The translations under genes and the position numbers were made by a program. Below, in pieces: positions 46,372-56,441 of a stretch of 64,000 nt of DNA. A model generated the notes under the pieces. The model was given only the letters and a program-made list of their open reading frames with translations, was not told the origin of the DNA and did no database searches. The stretch lies in NCBI GenBank assembly GCA_937934705.1, contig CALGYY010000098.1, positions 39,485-103,484 on the forward strand, in the 5' to 3' direction. Numbering within the stretch: the stretch's first letter is position 1; every line of letters starts with the position of its first letter. Origin of the DNA: an uncultured Bacteroidota bacterium (GTDB taxonomy: Bacteria; Bacteroidota; Bacteroidia; Bacteroidales; CAIWKO01).

Positions 46372-48114
46372 ATGAAAACCTTCATAATGATAATGCTGAC
46401 TTCGTTGACAGCCTTGTCCCTTTCAGGACAGATCAGCCTTACGGGCAGCGATATGCCCGCTGAAGGAAGGATTAACTATGTAATGGTCGACACCTCCAGT
46501 TCTCCGGATATCGGCATCCCTTCTCCGACAGCTCAGAACTGGAACTTCTCAACCCTGTATTCACATTATCCACAGGTGGCCTCTTACTCACCCGTAACCC
46601 CCTGGCAAGCCTACGGCCCCTTTTTTCCGGGAAGTAATGTCTTTACTTACGGCCCTTCCTGGCTCTATGCCGGCTTTTTCGGCGGGGCACCCGTGGAGGT
46701 GAACTCTCAGGGTTATATGTACTGGAGAACGGACTCCAGCGGCTTCTATATCGTAGGTTTTCGCGTAGACTATGGGATTGGTGAAAAGAATATCCTTGAA
46801 AGTCCACAGGAAATGCTGATGGCCACCCCCGCAAGCCTCGATTCCTCTTTCTCAAACACCTCCAGCTGGACCGCCAGTTTCAACAACGAGCCTTTCGATG
46901 CCGATACACATTATATCAGCACTGTTTCCAAAACCCTTGAGTGTGACGCCTTCGGCAGTATGACCACGCCCTTCGGGGTTTTCAATGTCCTCCGGGTCCA
47001 TGAAAACATGATCAAAGTTGACAGTATCAAAGGAACGCTGGGAAGTATTACATTTTACGCTCTTGAAAGCTCACGCGATACATTCAATAATTACTACTGG
47101 TGGGCCAATGATGTCGGCTATCCTGTCGCAATCGTCAAAGCAGATGCCGATGGTCAGATCCTGAGGGTGGAGTACCTCTCGGATACCGTAGCCGGACATA
47201 CTATTACCGGATCAGTTTTTAAGAAAAACGGGACTACACCGGTGGAAGACGGTCATGCCGAGCTCATTGCCAGCACGCTCCTTGACGAACTCTACGGTGT
47301 GCCTGAAACAGTACCCCTGACCAGTGGCGGGCATTTTCAGTTCTCCAACATTGTCGACGGAGGAGACTTCCTGGTCCATATCCGGCCCGATACCGTCAGC
47401 TATCCGTATGACCTCCCGACCTATTACGGGGATTCCGTATACTGGCAGGACGCCATTATCCTGACCGTTGTCCAGGATTCAAACATCATCATCAAATGCG
47501 CCAGCGACAGTCTGAATTATCAGCTCAGCGGAATGGGCAGCCTGGGAGGAACCATCTGGGAAAACCTGGGCGGAGCCAAAGATATGCTTACCTCTGGCGG
47601 GGTTAAAGTGACACTCGAGCAAAACCCCAGCGGAGCCATCATGAGGCATACCTTTACCGATGAACAGGGACGATATAAATTCACCAACCTTCCGGCTCTG
47701 GATTATAAAATAATTGTGGATATCCCGGCCTGTCCGATGGATAGTACATATTTTATCTATTATTCCGGTGGTGACAGCAGCACCCAGAATCTGGATTTCT
47801 ATTACGATTCCTCATTTATTTACATCTATAATACTACCGGTATCGACGAGCCTGTTGCCTTTCCCGAAACAGCGGTGGTGGTTTATCCCAACCCATTTGA
47901 TGAAACAGCCTATCTGTATTTCACTTCGGCAGAAAGCGGAGGCGCTTGTGAAGTCATACTCTATGATTTTGCCGGGAGGGTGATTGACCGGATCACGGGA
48001 GAAATACCCTATCCGATTAAAATTGTCAAACCTGAAGGCTATCACGGTTTATTGATCTATGAACTTTGGGTGGACGGAAGCTGGGCTACAGCCGGAAAGC
48101 TGATCGCGAGATAA
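46372..48114 (+). CDS. Secreted protein of unknown function with T9SS C-terminal sorting domain
   Basis: Signal peptide; internal CarboxypepD_reg-like stretch (ITGSVFKKNGTTPVEDGHAELI); C-terminus VVVYPNPFDETAYLYF..KLIAR. Confidence 0.75.
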   Translation: MKTFIMIMLTSLTALSLSGQISLTGSDMPAEGRINYVMVDTSSSPDIGIPSPTAQNWNFSTLYSHYPQVASYSPVTPWQAYGPFFPGSNVFTYGPSWLYAGFFGGAPVEVNSQGYMYWRTDSSGFYIVGFRVDYGIGEKNILESPQEMLMATPASLDSSFSNTSSWTASFNNEPFDADTHYISTVSKTLECDAFGSMTTPFGVFNVLRVHENMIKVDSIKGTLGSITFYALESSRDTFNNYYWWANDVGYPVAIVKADADGQILRVEYLSDTVAGHTITGSVFKKNGTTPVEDGHAELIASTLLDELYGVPETVPLTSGGHFQFSNIVDGGDFLVHIRPDTVSYPYDLPTYYGDSVYWQDAIILTVVQDSNIIIKCASDSLNYQLSGMGSLGGTIWENLGGAKDMLTSGGVKVTLEQNPSGAIMRHTFTDEQGRYKFTNLPALDYKIIVDIPACPMDSTYFIYYSGGDSSTQNLDFYYDSSFIYIYNTTGIDEPVAFPETAVVVYPNPFDETAYLYFTSAESGGACEVILYDFAGRVIDRITGEIPYPIKIVKPEGYHGLLIYELWVDGSWATAGKLIAR

Positions 48115-48152
48115 CACACATTAATATATAAGGTCAATTTTAAATTAAGAAA

Positions 48153-49424
48153 ATGAAAACAGCTATCAGAGTTTTATTTATGTCTTCAGTTTTGATGTTC
48201 ATTTCAACAAACCTCATCGCACAGAACACAAAAGCCTGCAGCGGATGCTCCCTGACCATCAGCACGGCGTGGACCAGCCCCATTGCGGCTTCGGCCGGAG
48301 TGACCATCTGCGTGGCACCCGGAGGCTCCATCAGCGGTGATATCCTGATCGACGGCGGAACTGTATGCAATGAAGGAAGCATCACTTCACACAACATATT
48401 GATGAACTCTGGTTCATTGATCAACCAGAATACATTGGACGTGGTGAACCTGGCCATTTACTCCGGAAATTTTCTGAATGAGGATACCGCTTTTATCGAT
48501 AGCCTCAGCCAGACCGGCGCGGAGTCAACCCTCACCAATGCCGGTTTCATGGATCTGCTGGCCCACAGTGTTTATCATTTTTCATCAGTAAACAACAACG
48601 GTGAGTATTTTTCACCCAATACCTCCCTCGCCATCGGGGCAAAACTCTTCAATTACGGGAATTTTGTAAGCACACATTTGTCGCTTTGGGATTCAGATAC
48701 CACGCTTTTCGAAGTGAACCTGTTTAATGATGGAACAGGCAGAGTTGAATGCGACTCCATGTCGGTGTTTGAAGGAAGAATGGAGAACTATGGAGAACTC
48801 ATGATCAATTACGATTTCAGTTCTGCCGGGTTTTCTTATCTCTACAATTATGAATATATGGATATCGGCCGTGATTTCTGGCTCGACACCAATGCATACC
48901 TGAGAACATGGTGCATGATACACGTCGGGGGCGACTGGTATAACGGAGGCACCATCTGGGGTCCTCCCAGTGGTTGCGGAGGCTTCTCCGTAGAAGGACT
49001 GAGTGGCAACGCCGGCGTTTACGGCGGAGGCGGCAATCTCGATATGTGTGATGCCTCAACACCTGGAAGCTTCGATCTGAATACCGGAACCCTTGATCCG
49101 GGGGTGACCTTCTGCAACTGCACGAATCAGTGCGCCTATCACAGTTCTGTACCTGAAAATGCAGGCGATCATCCCTTCAGCGCTCTCCTCTCACCGAACC
49201 CGCTGAGCGGCAAGGCACAGCTTGACCTGGTCGCCGACGGTCCCGGAAGCGCAGACTTGCGTATACTTGACCTCCAGGGAAGGACGCTGATGCATGAAAA
49301 CTGGGAGGTGCACAACGGGTTAAATTCAAGGGAAATGGATATGACCACTTTATTACCGGGATTGTATCTTATTAATATACAAACAGATAATAATTCAATA
49401 CGCCTGAAATTCATTAAAGAATAA
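48153..49424 (+). CDS. Secreted protein of unknown function with T9SS C-terminal sorting domain
   Basis: Signal peptide; C-terminus LLSPNPLSGKAQLDL..GLYLINIQTDNNSIRLKFIKE. Confidence 0.75.
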   Translation: MKTAIRVLFMSSVLMFISTNLIAQNTKACSGCSLTISTAWTSPIAASAGVTICVAPGGSISGDILIDGGTVCNEGSITSHNILMNSGSLINQNTLDVVNLAIYSGNFLNEDTAFIDSLSQTGAESTLTNAGFMDLLAHSVYHFSSVNNNGEYFSPNTSLAIGAKLFNYGNFVSTHLSLWDSDTTLFEVNLFNDGTGRVECDSMSVFEGRMENYGELMINYDFSSAGFSYLYNYEYMDIGRDFWLDTNAYLRTWCMIHVGGDWYNGGTIWGPPSGCGGFSVEGLSGNAGVYGGGGNLDMCDASTPGSFDLNTGTLDPGVTFCNCTNQCAYHSSVPENAGDHPFSALLSPNPLSGKAQLDLVADGPGSADLRILDLQGRTLMHENWEVHNGLNSREMDMTTLLPGLYLINIQTDNNSIRLKFIKE

Positions 49425-49502
49425 AATATTTCAAAAGCCCGGCCCGTTCATTCAATACGGCCGCCCGAATTCACGAATTACAAACCGCAAAACCATACCG
49501 TT

Positions 49503-50348
49503 ATGAACAAGAGACTGTTTTTCCGTAGTGCCCTTTTGGCCTTTCTGGCCCTCGGGCTTGTGCTTTCTTCCTGCAAAAAGGACGATGATGACGATGATGA
49601 CAACAATGGCGTCAAATACCAGAGCGTCCAGGATAATTCAACTGCAGACGGCGTTTTCAACCGCGCCTACAACCAGGTTAACAAAGCTTCTTACCAATCC
49701 ACCAGCAAAGGAGCCAAAGATACCATTACCGGCTGTCCGACCCTTTACATCACCGGCGGACTGACCTATCCCAAAACGGTGGTACTCGACTTCGGTACTT
49801 CCTGTGTTTGCGACGACGGGGTGACCCGCAAGGGAAAGATCACCTCGGTGATTACAGCGCCCTATCTCGATTCCGGAACAGTGGTAACTTCAACCTTCGA
49901 CAATTATCACGAGATCATCAACAACATCGACTACCAGGCTACAGGTACTCAGGTCATCACCAATCTGGGAACCAACAATCTGGGCCACCCGGTATACAGC
50001 GTTGATGTGCAGGGAGCCAGCGTGATCAGTCAGTACGGTACCATTTCCTACACTTCACAGCGCCAGAATGAGTGGGTGGCCGGTTACAACACATGGATGA
50101 ATCCCTGGGATGACGTGTATTGGGTAACCGGTTCGGCCAACGGTAACGACATCAACGGTGATCCCTTCAGTGTCAATATTACCCAGGCCCTGGAAGTACA
50201 GATCGGCTGCTGGTATATCAAAAAAGGCCGTCTCGATGTTGTCAACCCCGGCTACACCACAATTACTGTGGACTATGGGGATGGCGCCTGTGATGCCATT
50301 ATTTATGTCATCATCAATGGTGTGACCTACACCATTGTGTTAACATAG
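49503..50348 (+). CDS. Lipoprotein, unknown function (poly-Asp linker)
   Basis: Lipobox LVLSSC followed by KKDDDDDDDNNG; 281 aa. Confidence 0.65.
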   Translation: MNKRLFFRSALLAFLALGLVLSSCKKDDDDDDDNNGVKYQSVQDNSTADGVFNRAYNQVNKASYQSTSKGAKDTITGCPTLYITGGLTYPKTVVLDFGTSCVCDDGVTRKGKITSVITAPYLDSGTVVTSTFDNYHEIINNIDYQATGTQVITNLGTNNLGHPVYSVDVQGASVISQYGTISYTSQRQNEWVAGYNTWMNPWDDVYWVTGSANGNDINGDPFSVNITQALEVQIGCWYIKKGRLDVVNPGYTTITVDYGDGACDAIIYVIINGVTYTIVLT

Positions 50349-50367
50349 ATCCATCCCTGATTAATGT

Positions 50368-50402
50368 GACCCGCGGCAGGCTGACCGCGGGTCTTTTTTT
50401 TT
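50368..50402 (+). terminator. Rho-independent terminator
   Basis: Perfect 9-bp stem GACCCGCGG..CCGCGGGTC followed by a T run. Confidence 0.8.
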
Positions 50403-50430
50403 GTATCTTTACTCCCTAAAACTTACCGAC

Positions 50431-50856
50431 ATGAGAAAAACGAGCATTCTTACCGCACTTTGCCTGGTTCTGGCTCTTATACTCCCGCGTACGCTTGATG
50501 CCCAGGTGATCGTGGACGCCAAAAAGGCCTGGACCAAAACCAAAATTGCTGTCGCTATTGACGATAAAGTGAAGATACAGGCAGCCGGAACCATTACCCT
50601 CGATCCGAATGTGACTTGTGGTGCCGACGGACTGAAGATCGTATCCGGGCCGGAGCACGTCCTGATGAAAAATGTCAACCGCGGGGCCCTCATCGCTAAG
50701 ATCGGCAAGAAAGGCATCCCTTTTCATCTGGGAGCCAACGGGCAGTTCATTGCGGCCACGGCCGGACTGCTTTACTTTGGAGTGAATGATGATGCCGTAA
50801 AGAACAACAGCGGCACCTTCAACCTCAACATCACCATCAACGGGGTGGCGAAATAA
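50431..50856 (+). CDS. Small secreted protein, unknown function
   Basis: ORF 50401-50856; the ATG at 50431 gives MRKTSILTALCLVLALILPRTLDA signal. Confidence 0.6.
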   Translation: MRKTSILTALCLVLALILPRTLDAQVIVDAKKAWTKTKIAVAIDDKVKIQAAGTITLDPNVTCGADGLKIVSGPEHVLMKNVNRGALIAKIGKKGIPFHLGANGQFIAATAGLLYFGVNDDAVKNNSGTFNLNITINGVAK

Positions 50857-50931
50857 TTTTTCTGTATTGCCGTTAGCTTGATTATTTTTGCGGCAGCAGC
50901 CGTATGATCAGGCTGTCCTTAAATTTTTGTC

Positions 50932-52404
50932 GTGAACCCTCTCCGCAAACTTGCCGGACAAACGGCTATATATGGTCTCAGCAGCATTGTCGGACGGGTA
51001 CTCAGCTACCTGCTGGTGCCTATCTATACCCGGGTCTTCGTCCCGGAAGAATACGGCATTGCCAATGAATTATACGCTTATATTTCCCTTCTGCTCGTGG
51101 TACTGACCTACGGAATGGAAACAGCTTTCTTCCGTTTCTCCGAAATGGAGCAGGACAAGCCCAGAGTATACAGTACTGCCCTGATCTCTTTGTTCGCCAC
51201 CTCCTTGTTGTTCATTATTCTTGCCCTTTTTGTATATCATCCCCTGGCTGATGTATTGCGCTATCCAAACAACCCGGAGTACGTGATCTGGTTTGCTCTC
51301 ATCGTGGCCATGGATGCCCTCACAGCCATTCCTTTTGCACGGCTGAGGGCCACCAACAGGCCAAAACGCTTCGCCGGAATCAAGCTGATTAACATCGGGA
51401 TCAATGTCGGTCTCAACCTCTTTTTTATTGTACTCTGTCCTTACCTCCTCCGTGAAGGTATCATGACTGATGCCGTGAATGCCGTTTATGACCCGCATAT
51501 TGGAGTCGGTTATATTTTTATCTCAAACCTGATCTCCTCAGCATTTACCATGCTTCTGCTGCTTCCCGAATATGTCAGGATCCGTTTCCGCTTTGACTTC
51601 TTCCTGTGGAAACGCATGATTCGTTATGCCTTGCCTCTCCTGGTGGTGGGCATGGCAGGGATCGTCAACGAAACCATGGACCGCATCTTCCTGAAATACC
51701 TTCTTCCTGAGAGTATCGCCATGACCGCGTTGGGCATCTACGGGGCCTGTTTTAAGATATCCATCATTATGACCATCTTCATACAGGCATTCCGCTTTGC
51801 TGCCGAGCCCTTTTTCTTTGCCCAGGCCAAAGAACAGGATGCCCGTAAAATTTATGCAGACGTGATGAAATATTTTGTCATTATCTGCACCATGATCTTT
51901 ATGGTGGTGATGATGTATATCGACGTGGTGAAGTATTTTGTAGGCGACAAATACTACGATGGTCTGCCTGTGGTTCCCATACTCCTGATGGCCTCCATGT
52001 TTCTGGGGATCTATTTCAACCTGTCCATCTGGTACAAACTCACCGGGCAGACTTCTTACGGGGCTTACATCTCCGTGATCGGTGCCGTGATCACCGTTCT
52101 GATCAATGTGTTCTTTGTTCCCGTTTATGGCTTCATGGGTTCTGCATGGTCACACTTCATCACTTACCTGGTGATGATGATCATTTCATTTTTCCTGGGA
52201 CAAAAACATTTCAGGGTTCCTTATAAGATCAGCACCATCCTGGGGTATATGGCCCTGGCCGGGGGTCTGTTTTTTCTTTCGGAATGGACACGCCCGGAAG
52301 CCCTGACCCCACGTTTATTGCTAAACACCCTGTATTTTTTAGTTTTCGCGGGGACTATTGCCTGGTTTGAACGCAGGCTGCTGAAACGGATACTTACAAA
52401 ATAA
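50932..52404 (+). CDS. Polysaccharide biosynthesis / oligosaccharide flippase (MOP/Wzx-like) family protein
   Basis: 490 aa, ~12-14 TM, GTG start; conserved position next to dut in Bacteroidota. Confidence 0.75.
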   Translation: MNPLRKLAGQTAIYGLSSIVGRVLSYLLVPIYTRVFVPEEYGIANELYAYISLLLVVLTYGMETAFFRFSEMEQDKPRVYSTALISLFATSLLFIILALFVYHPLADVLRYPNNPEYVIWFALIVAMDALTAIPFARLRATNRPKRFAGIKLINIGINVGLNLFFIVLCPYLLREGIMTDAVNAVYDPHIGVGYIFISNLISSAFTMLLLLPEYVRIRFRFDFFLWKRMIRYALPLLVVGMAGIVNETMDRIFLKYLLPESIAMTALGIYGACFKISIIMTIFIQAFRFAAEPFFFAQAKEQDARKIYADVMKYFVIICTMIFMVVMMYIDVVKYFVGDKYYDGLPVVPILLMASMFLGIYFNLSIWYKLTGQTSYGAYISVIGAVITVLINVFFVPVYGFMGSAWSHFITYLVMMIISFFLGQKHFRVPYKISTILGYMALAGGLFFLSEWTRPEALTPRLLLNTLYFLVFAGTIAWFERRLLKRILTK

Positions 52405-52409
52405 TACGC

Positions 52410-52844
52410 ATGACCATAAGGATCGTCAACGAATCGCACCATCCCCTGCCTGCCTATGAAACCCTGGGCTCAGCAGGAGTGGACCTCAGGGCATACCTGA
52501 AAGAAGCCGTAATGCTGAAACCGATGCAAAGAGCCCTTATTCCCACCGGACTTTTTATCAGCCTGCCACCGGGCTACGAAGCCCAGGTGAGGCCGCGCTC
52601 AGGACTGGCTTTTAAGAAGGGTGTTACCGTGCTCAACACCCCTGGCACCATTGATGCCGATTACCGCGGTGAGATCAAGGTGATCCTCATCAACCTCTCG
52701 GAAGAAGATTTCCTGGTTCAGGATGGTGAAAGAATAGCCCAGATGGTCATCGCAGCCCACGAAAGGGCCGAATGGGTACAGGTTGATGTACTGGACGAAA
52801 CAGTCCGCGGAGCCGGAGGCTTCGGACATACCGGAACCAGTTGA
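52410..52844 (+). CDS. dut: dUTP diphosphatase
   Basis: [55 protein letters not shown]. Confidence 0.95.
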   Translation: MTIRIVNESHHPLPAYETLGSAGVDLRAYLKEAVMLKPMQRALIPTGLFISLPPGYEAQVRPRSGLAFKKGVTVLNTPGTIDADYRGEIKVILINLSEEDFLVQDGERIAQMVIAAHERAEWVQVDVLDETVRGAGGFGHTGTS

Positions 52845-52851
52845 GGATTCC

Positions 52852-53175
52852 TCAACTGTGAAGATACCTGACTTTATCAAACACATGTTCCTGGTCCGTG
52901 GCCTTTAACAGGCTGATGGATGAATCATCCGCCATTTCCGGGATCAGGATATGGGTCAGGGTCGGAAGCTGACGCGAACCCGGCCCGGTGGCGAATAAGG
53001 CCACGCTTTCCTGGGGGTTGAAGGGATCGAGATTGATGACGCCCCGGCTCCGGATCACGCCATCAGAATACACTTCCACTTTGTAGGACTTCAGTCTGGA
53101 GCTGGTTTTAATCTGCACCACCTCCCGGGTGTCCGGATCTGTCCAGCTACCCAATAATTTCTGTGCTCTTCTCAT
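52852..53175 (-). CDS. Hypothetical protein
   Basis: 107-aa ORF convergent with dut; no recognisable motif. Confidence 0.45.
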   Translation of the reverse strand: MRRAQKLLGSWTDPDTREVVQIKTSSRLKSYKVEVYSDGVIRSRGVINLDPFNPQESVALFATGPGSRQLPTLTHILIPEMADDSSISLLKATDQEHVFDKVRYLHS

Positions 53176-53295
53176 GGGGGAATATTGAAGATCGCACGCA
53201 AAAATATAATAAGTTTATTAGTTTATCAAAAGATTCATAATTTATAACAAGTTTAGATAGCGGAAGATGAATGTTTTGGGTAGAACTACTTGTAA

Positions 53296-53400
53296 TCTGG
53301 TTGTTCCTGCCATTCATCAAATAGTCTCGGTGTTTCCCCCAATCAAAGAAAGTTGGGGATTTGTTGCCATGATAACAGAAACCTGTTTGTCACTTTCCCA
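53296..53400 (-). pseudogene. Decayed fragment of an AAA/DUF4143 ATPase gene (paralogue of 54643-55896)
   Basis: ~105 bp align by eye at roughly 85-90% identity with 55658-55760. Minus-strand reading gives ..DKQVSVIMATNPQLSLIG then a 1-nt indel before GETPRLFDEWQEQP. Confidence 0.75.
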
Positions 53401-53511
53401 GTGGCACATATCCGCGATATTCCGAAACAATAATTATGTTAATGCTTAATAGTATGATTAAATTTTCGTATTTTTGTTATATTAATTCTAAAAAACAAAA
53501 TACTGTTCAAT

Positions 53512-54453
53512 ATGAAAACACCTGTTTTTTATCTGCTGACCGTATTGTTTATAACTATTATGAATACCTCATGTAATGACCCAGATGATCATTCATTACC
53601 ACCAACGGTAGCGGCCCTGCCAGCCACCAGTATTCAATCCTCTTCTGCCGTAATTCACGGCACAGTGAACGCTAACGGACAGACAACAGCCGTATATTTT
53701 GAATGGGGTAACACAACGGCTTATGGAAATGAAGTTAAAGCTCTGCCGGATTTCGTTGATGGAACTGACATGATACCTGTCAGCGCCACGATTTCCCCGA
53801 TACCGGAAGGATTTGTCTACCATTACCGGATTAAAGCAGTGAATGAAGCAGGGGTTTCATACAGTGAGGATATGAGCTTTGCATCTCCCGGAATTGTCGT
53901 GAATCATAATGATGTTGCCAGCAATACGGTTAAACAGTATAATTCAGCTACTTATCCCGATCCTGGTGCAACGGCTATTGACACCGATGGTTCTCTGTTG
54001 ATTGTTAGTGTAAGCGGATCTGTTAACATGAGCAGCGCAGGTGATTATGTACTGGTCTATTCAGCAACTGACAGCTATGGTACCTTACATTCTGCAGAGC
54101 GCACAGTAACTGTTTCAGGAGGGCTGTTTCTCGAAGGATATTATACGGTCGAAGATTTTGTGGAGGGGACTTCTTACGGCAATTATTCAGAAACAATAAC
54201 AGTGTCATCCATTTCCAATAACAGGATAAATTTCTCAAAATTCGGATTTTATACCAACGCAACGGTGTATGGTACTATTTCCGGAACAACAATCACAATC
54301 CCTTCCCAATCAATTCTTTGTGGGCTGCCCAATAAAATGCATACCTTTACAGGAACAGGAACCTTCTCAAACAGCAGCTCATTTACTGTAAATTTCACGG
54401 ATGTCAGCACAGATGGCACATTTCAATGCCAGGGTGTTTACGTACGTTTGTAA
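53512..54453 (+). CDS. Lipoprotein with Ig-like (DUF5011/HYR-like) domain, unknown function
   Basis: MKTPVFYLLTVLFITIMNTSC lipobox; PDPGATAIDTDGSLLIVSVSGSVNMSSAGDYVLVYSATDSYG resembles DUF5011. Confidence 0.65.
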   Translation: MKTPVFYLLTVLFITIMNTSCNDPDDHSLPPTVAALPATSIQSSSAVIHGTVNANGQTTAVYFEWGNTTAYGNEVKALPDFVDGTDMIPVSATISPIPEGFVYHYRIKAVNEAGVSYSEDMSFASPGIVVNHNDVASNTVKQYNSATYPDPGATAIDTDGSLLIVSVSGSVNMSSAGDYVLVYSATDSYGTLHSAERTVTVSGGLFLEGYYTVEDFVEGTSYGNYSETITVSSISNNRINFSKFGFYTNATVYGTISGTTITIPSQSILCGLPNKMHTFTGTGTFSNSSSFTVNFTDVSTDGTFQCQGVYVRL

Positions 54454-54498
54454 AATCGATAAATTATCAAAACAATCAGGGACTTCAGGAAAAGGAAG

Positions 54499-54591
54499 GT
54501 GTGAGTTCTGAGAATAAAAGAGAGTGAAAGTTCGGCTTGACCCTCCCGGGTCTCACTCTCACGCTCACTCTCTTTTTTAAGTGGGACGTAC
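54499..54591. repeat. Diverged copy of the tRNA-Val(CAC) 3' end (10-11 nt) plus its downstream terminator
   Basis: Aligns with 56247-56338 (..GAGAG.GA.AGTTCGGCT..ACCCTC..GG.CTCACTCTCAC.CTCACTCTCTTTTTTAAGTGGGACGTAC); similarity ends exactly inside the tRNA. Confidence 0.85.
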
Positions 54592-54642
54592 TGGATTTTC
54601 TCAGATGATCGCTTTCGGGGGCGATTTCATGAATCAAAAAAA

Positions 54643-55896
54643 TTATTTCCCTAAAGAAGCCAGCGAAATCACATTTATTCCGTCGGGCCGGCGATAACTC
54701 ATTCCTGTCCCGGTAATAATGTTTAGTGATTTCGGCAACTCCATTTTGGCTGTATCGATATTCTTTACAAACTTTTTAAGATTTTCAGCTGCTTCGTCGA
54801 TAAATCCAACCCCCAGTTTTATTTCAAAGGCCGCATAATCCCCATTGCGTCGCTGAATAATAGCGTCAACCTCCAAACCATAAGAATCATTATAGTGAAA
54901 CAGATTTGCATCATTTGCTCTGGCATATACGTTTAACTCATGCGTTGCCAATGACTCAAATAAAAACCCTGCATACTTTATATCTTTGATCAGCGACTCT
55001 TTATCTAATCCCAATACTGCTGCTGCCAGAGAGGTGTCACATAAATGTCGTTTGGGCGATTTCCGTAAGGATGCCGCTGAGCGAATATGCGGATTAAAAG
55101 CGGCTTGTTCATACAAAATCATTAAACGGGATAGCGCATCAAGATATTCTGTGATTGTATTTCGCGACAATTCATTTCTATCCGAAGTTTTCACATCATG
55201 CTCCAGTGTTTTATTGTCCACCAGTGTTGCCGTATTCCTGGCAACAGAACGTAATAAACTGCGCACTTTGATAGGATCACGTTTCACACCCGAGACTCTG
55301 CTCATATCCGCTTCACACAGCAAATCAACATAGCCCCTGTTCATCATGAGTGCGTTTTTTAAACTTTCATTCATTAAAGCGGGCCACCCGCCTGTCAACA
55401 TTTTTTCAATTATGAATTCAAGCGAAATTCCTTGTTCGTAGAAGTCCGGAAGGTTTCCTTCCAGTAAATCTGAAACCTTTACCATACCGGTCGAATAACC
55501 TAATTCCTGCCAGGTCATGGTGTCCATTTGCACAACAGTAAAACGTCCGGCTCCGCTATGCAGTTTAAGGTCGTCAGGCGGATTTGCCGAACCCGTCAGA
55601 ATAAACTGCCCTTTTTCTTTTCGGTCGTCCACTTCGTGTCTGATATAAGTCCAAATTTCCGGTTGTTCCTGCCATTCATCAATTAATCTCGGTGTTTCCC
55701 CTATCAACAAAAGTTGGGGATTTGTTGCCATGATAGCAGGAACCTGTTTGTCCCTATCCATTTCTAAAACACTTTTGGCAAATTGGTTTGCTGTTGCTGT
55801 TTTTCCGCACGCCTTCGGTCCTTTTATAAGTACTGCACCCGATGCTGCTAATTTCTCCAACAAATCTTTTTCAATTATTCTCTTTATGTAACTCAT
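54643..55896 (-). CDS. AAA-type ATPase with DUF4143-like C-terminal domain (COG1373-type)
   Basis: 417 aa: P-loop GPKACGKTATA, Walker-B-like LLLIGETPRLIDEWQ; C-terminal part typical of the AAA_14/DUF4143 family. Confidence 0.75.
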   Translation of the reverse strand: MSYIKRIIEKDLLEKLAASGAVLIKGPKACGKTATANQFAKSVLEMDRDKQVPAIMATNPQLLLIGETPRLIDEWQEQPEIWTYIRHEVDDRKEKGQFILTGSANPPDDLKLHSGAGRFTVVQMDTMTWQELGYSTGMVKVSDLLEGNLPDFYEQGISLEFIIEKMLTGGWPALMNESLKNALMMNRGYVDLLCEADMSRVSGVKRDPIKVRSLLRSVARNTATLVDNKTLEHDVKTSDRNELSRNTITEYLDALSRLMILYEQAAFNPHIRSAASLRKSPKRHLCDTSLAAAVLGLDKESLIKDIKYAGFLFESLATHELNVYARANDANLFHYNDSYGLEVDAIIQRRNGDYAAFEIKLGVGFIDEAAENLKKFVKNIDTAKMELPKSLNIITGTGMSYRRPDGINVISLASLGK

Positions 55897-55940
55897 ATTT
55901 AGGCGCTTAAATTCATTGCAAAGATATGAAAAAATCTTGC

Positions 55941-55984
55941 ATTGTGCAAATTTCAGACATTATATTGTGCAAATTTCAGACATT
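55941..55984. repeat. Tandem direct repeat 2 x 21 bp (ATTGTGCAAATTTCAGACATT) with 2-bp spacer
   Basis: Identical copies at 55941-55961 and 55964-55984, 45-88 nt upstream of the ATPase ATG (55896). Confidence 0.9.
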
Positions 55985-56260
55985 TTACTGTGCATTATTT
56001 AGAAATCCAGTACATTGTTGCCGATTGGGCAAACGAAGCGCAGTCTGAAAGCTTGACCCAGGCGTAAGTATTACGGTCAATAGATCATTTGACAACCGGA
56101 CCCCAGAAAAATCCGCCTGCCTGAAAAGCCAAGTCCGCCTTCTGATCCACCTGTTTTTTGAAAGGATTTGACCGGAGATGGACGGCCTGAAATTGAAAAG
56201 CCCGTTCAAACATTCGTTTGTGAAAGTTTCTGAACGGGCAGGGACAGTGTGAGTCTTGAG

Positions 56261-56325
56261 AAAAAAGAGAGCGAGAGTTCGGCTCAACCCTCTCAGGCCT
56301 CACTCTCACTCTCACTCTCTTTTTT
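56261..56325 (-). terminator. Terminator of the tRNA operon (A-run/T-run flanked, potentially bidirectional)
   Basis: GAGAGCGAGAG (56267-77) pairs with CTCTCACTCTC (56309-19) with one mismatch; flanked by A6 and T6. Confidence 0.55.
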
Positions 56326-56328
56326 AAG

Positions 56329-56403
56329 TGGGACGTACAAGACTCGAACTTGTGACCTCATGCGTGTGAAGCATGCGCTCTGAACCGACTGAGCTAACGT
56401 CCC
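56329..56403 (-). tRNA. tRNA-Val (anticodon CAC)
   Basis: GGGACGT-TA-GCTC..GAGC-G-CATGC-TTCACAC-GCATG-AGGTC-ACAAG-TTCGAGT-CTTGT-ACGTCCC-A; perfect cloverleaf. Confidence 0.9.
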
Positions 56404-56441
56404 CGAAAAGCAACCATGAATTGCTAATAACAAACCAGTTG

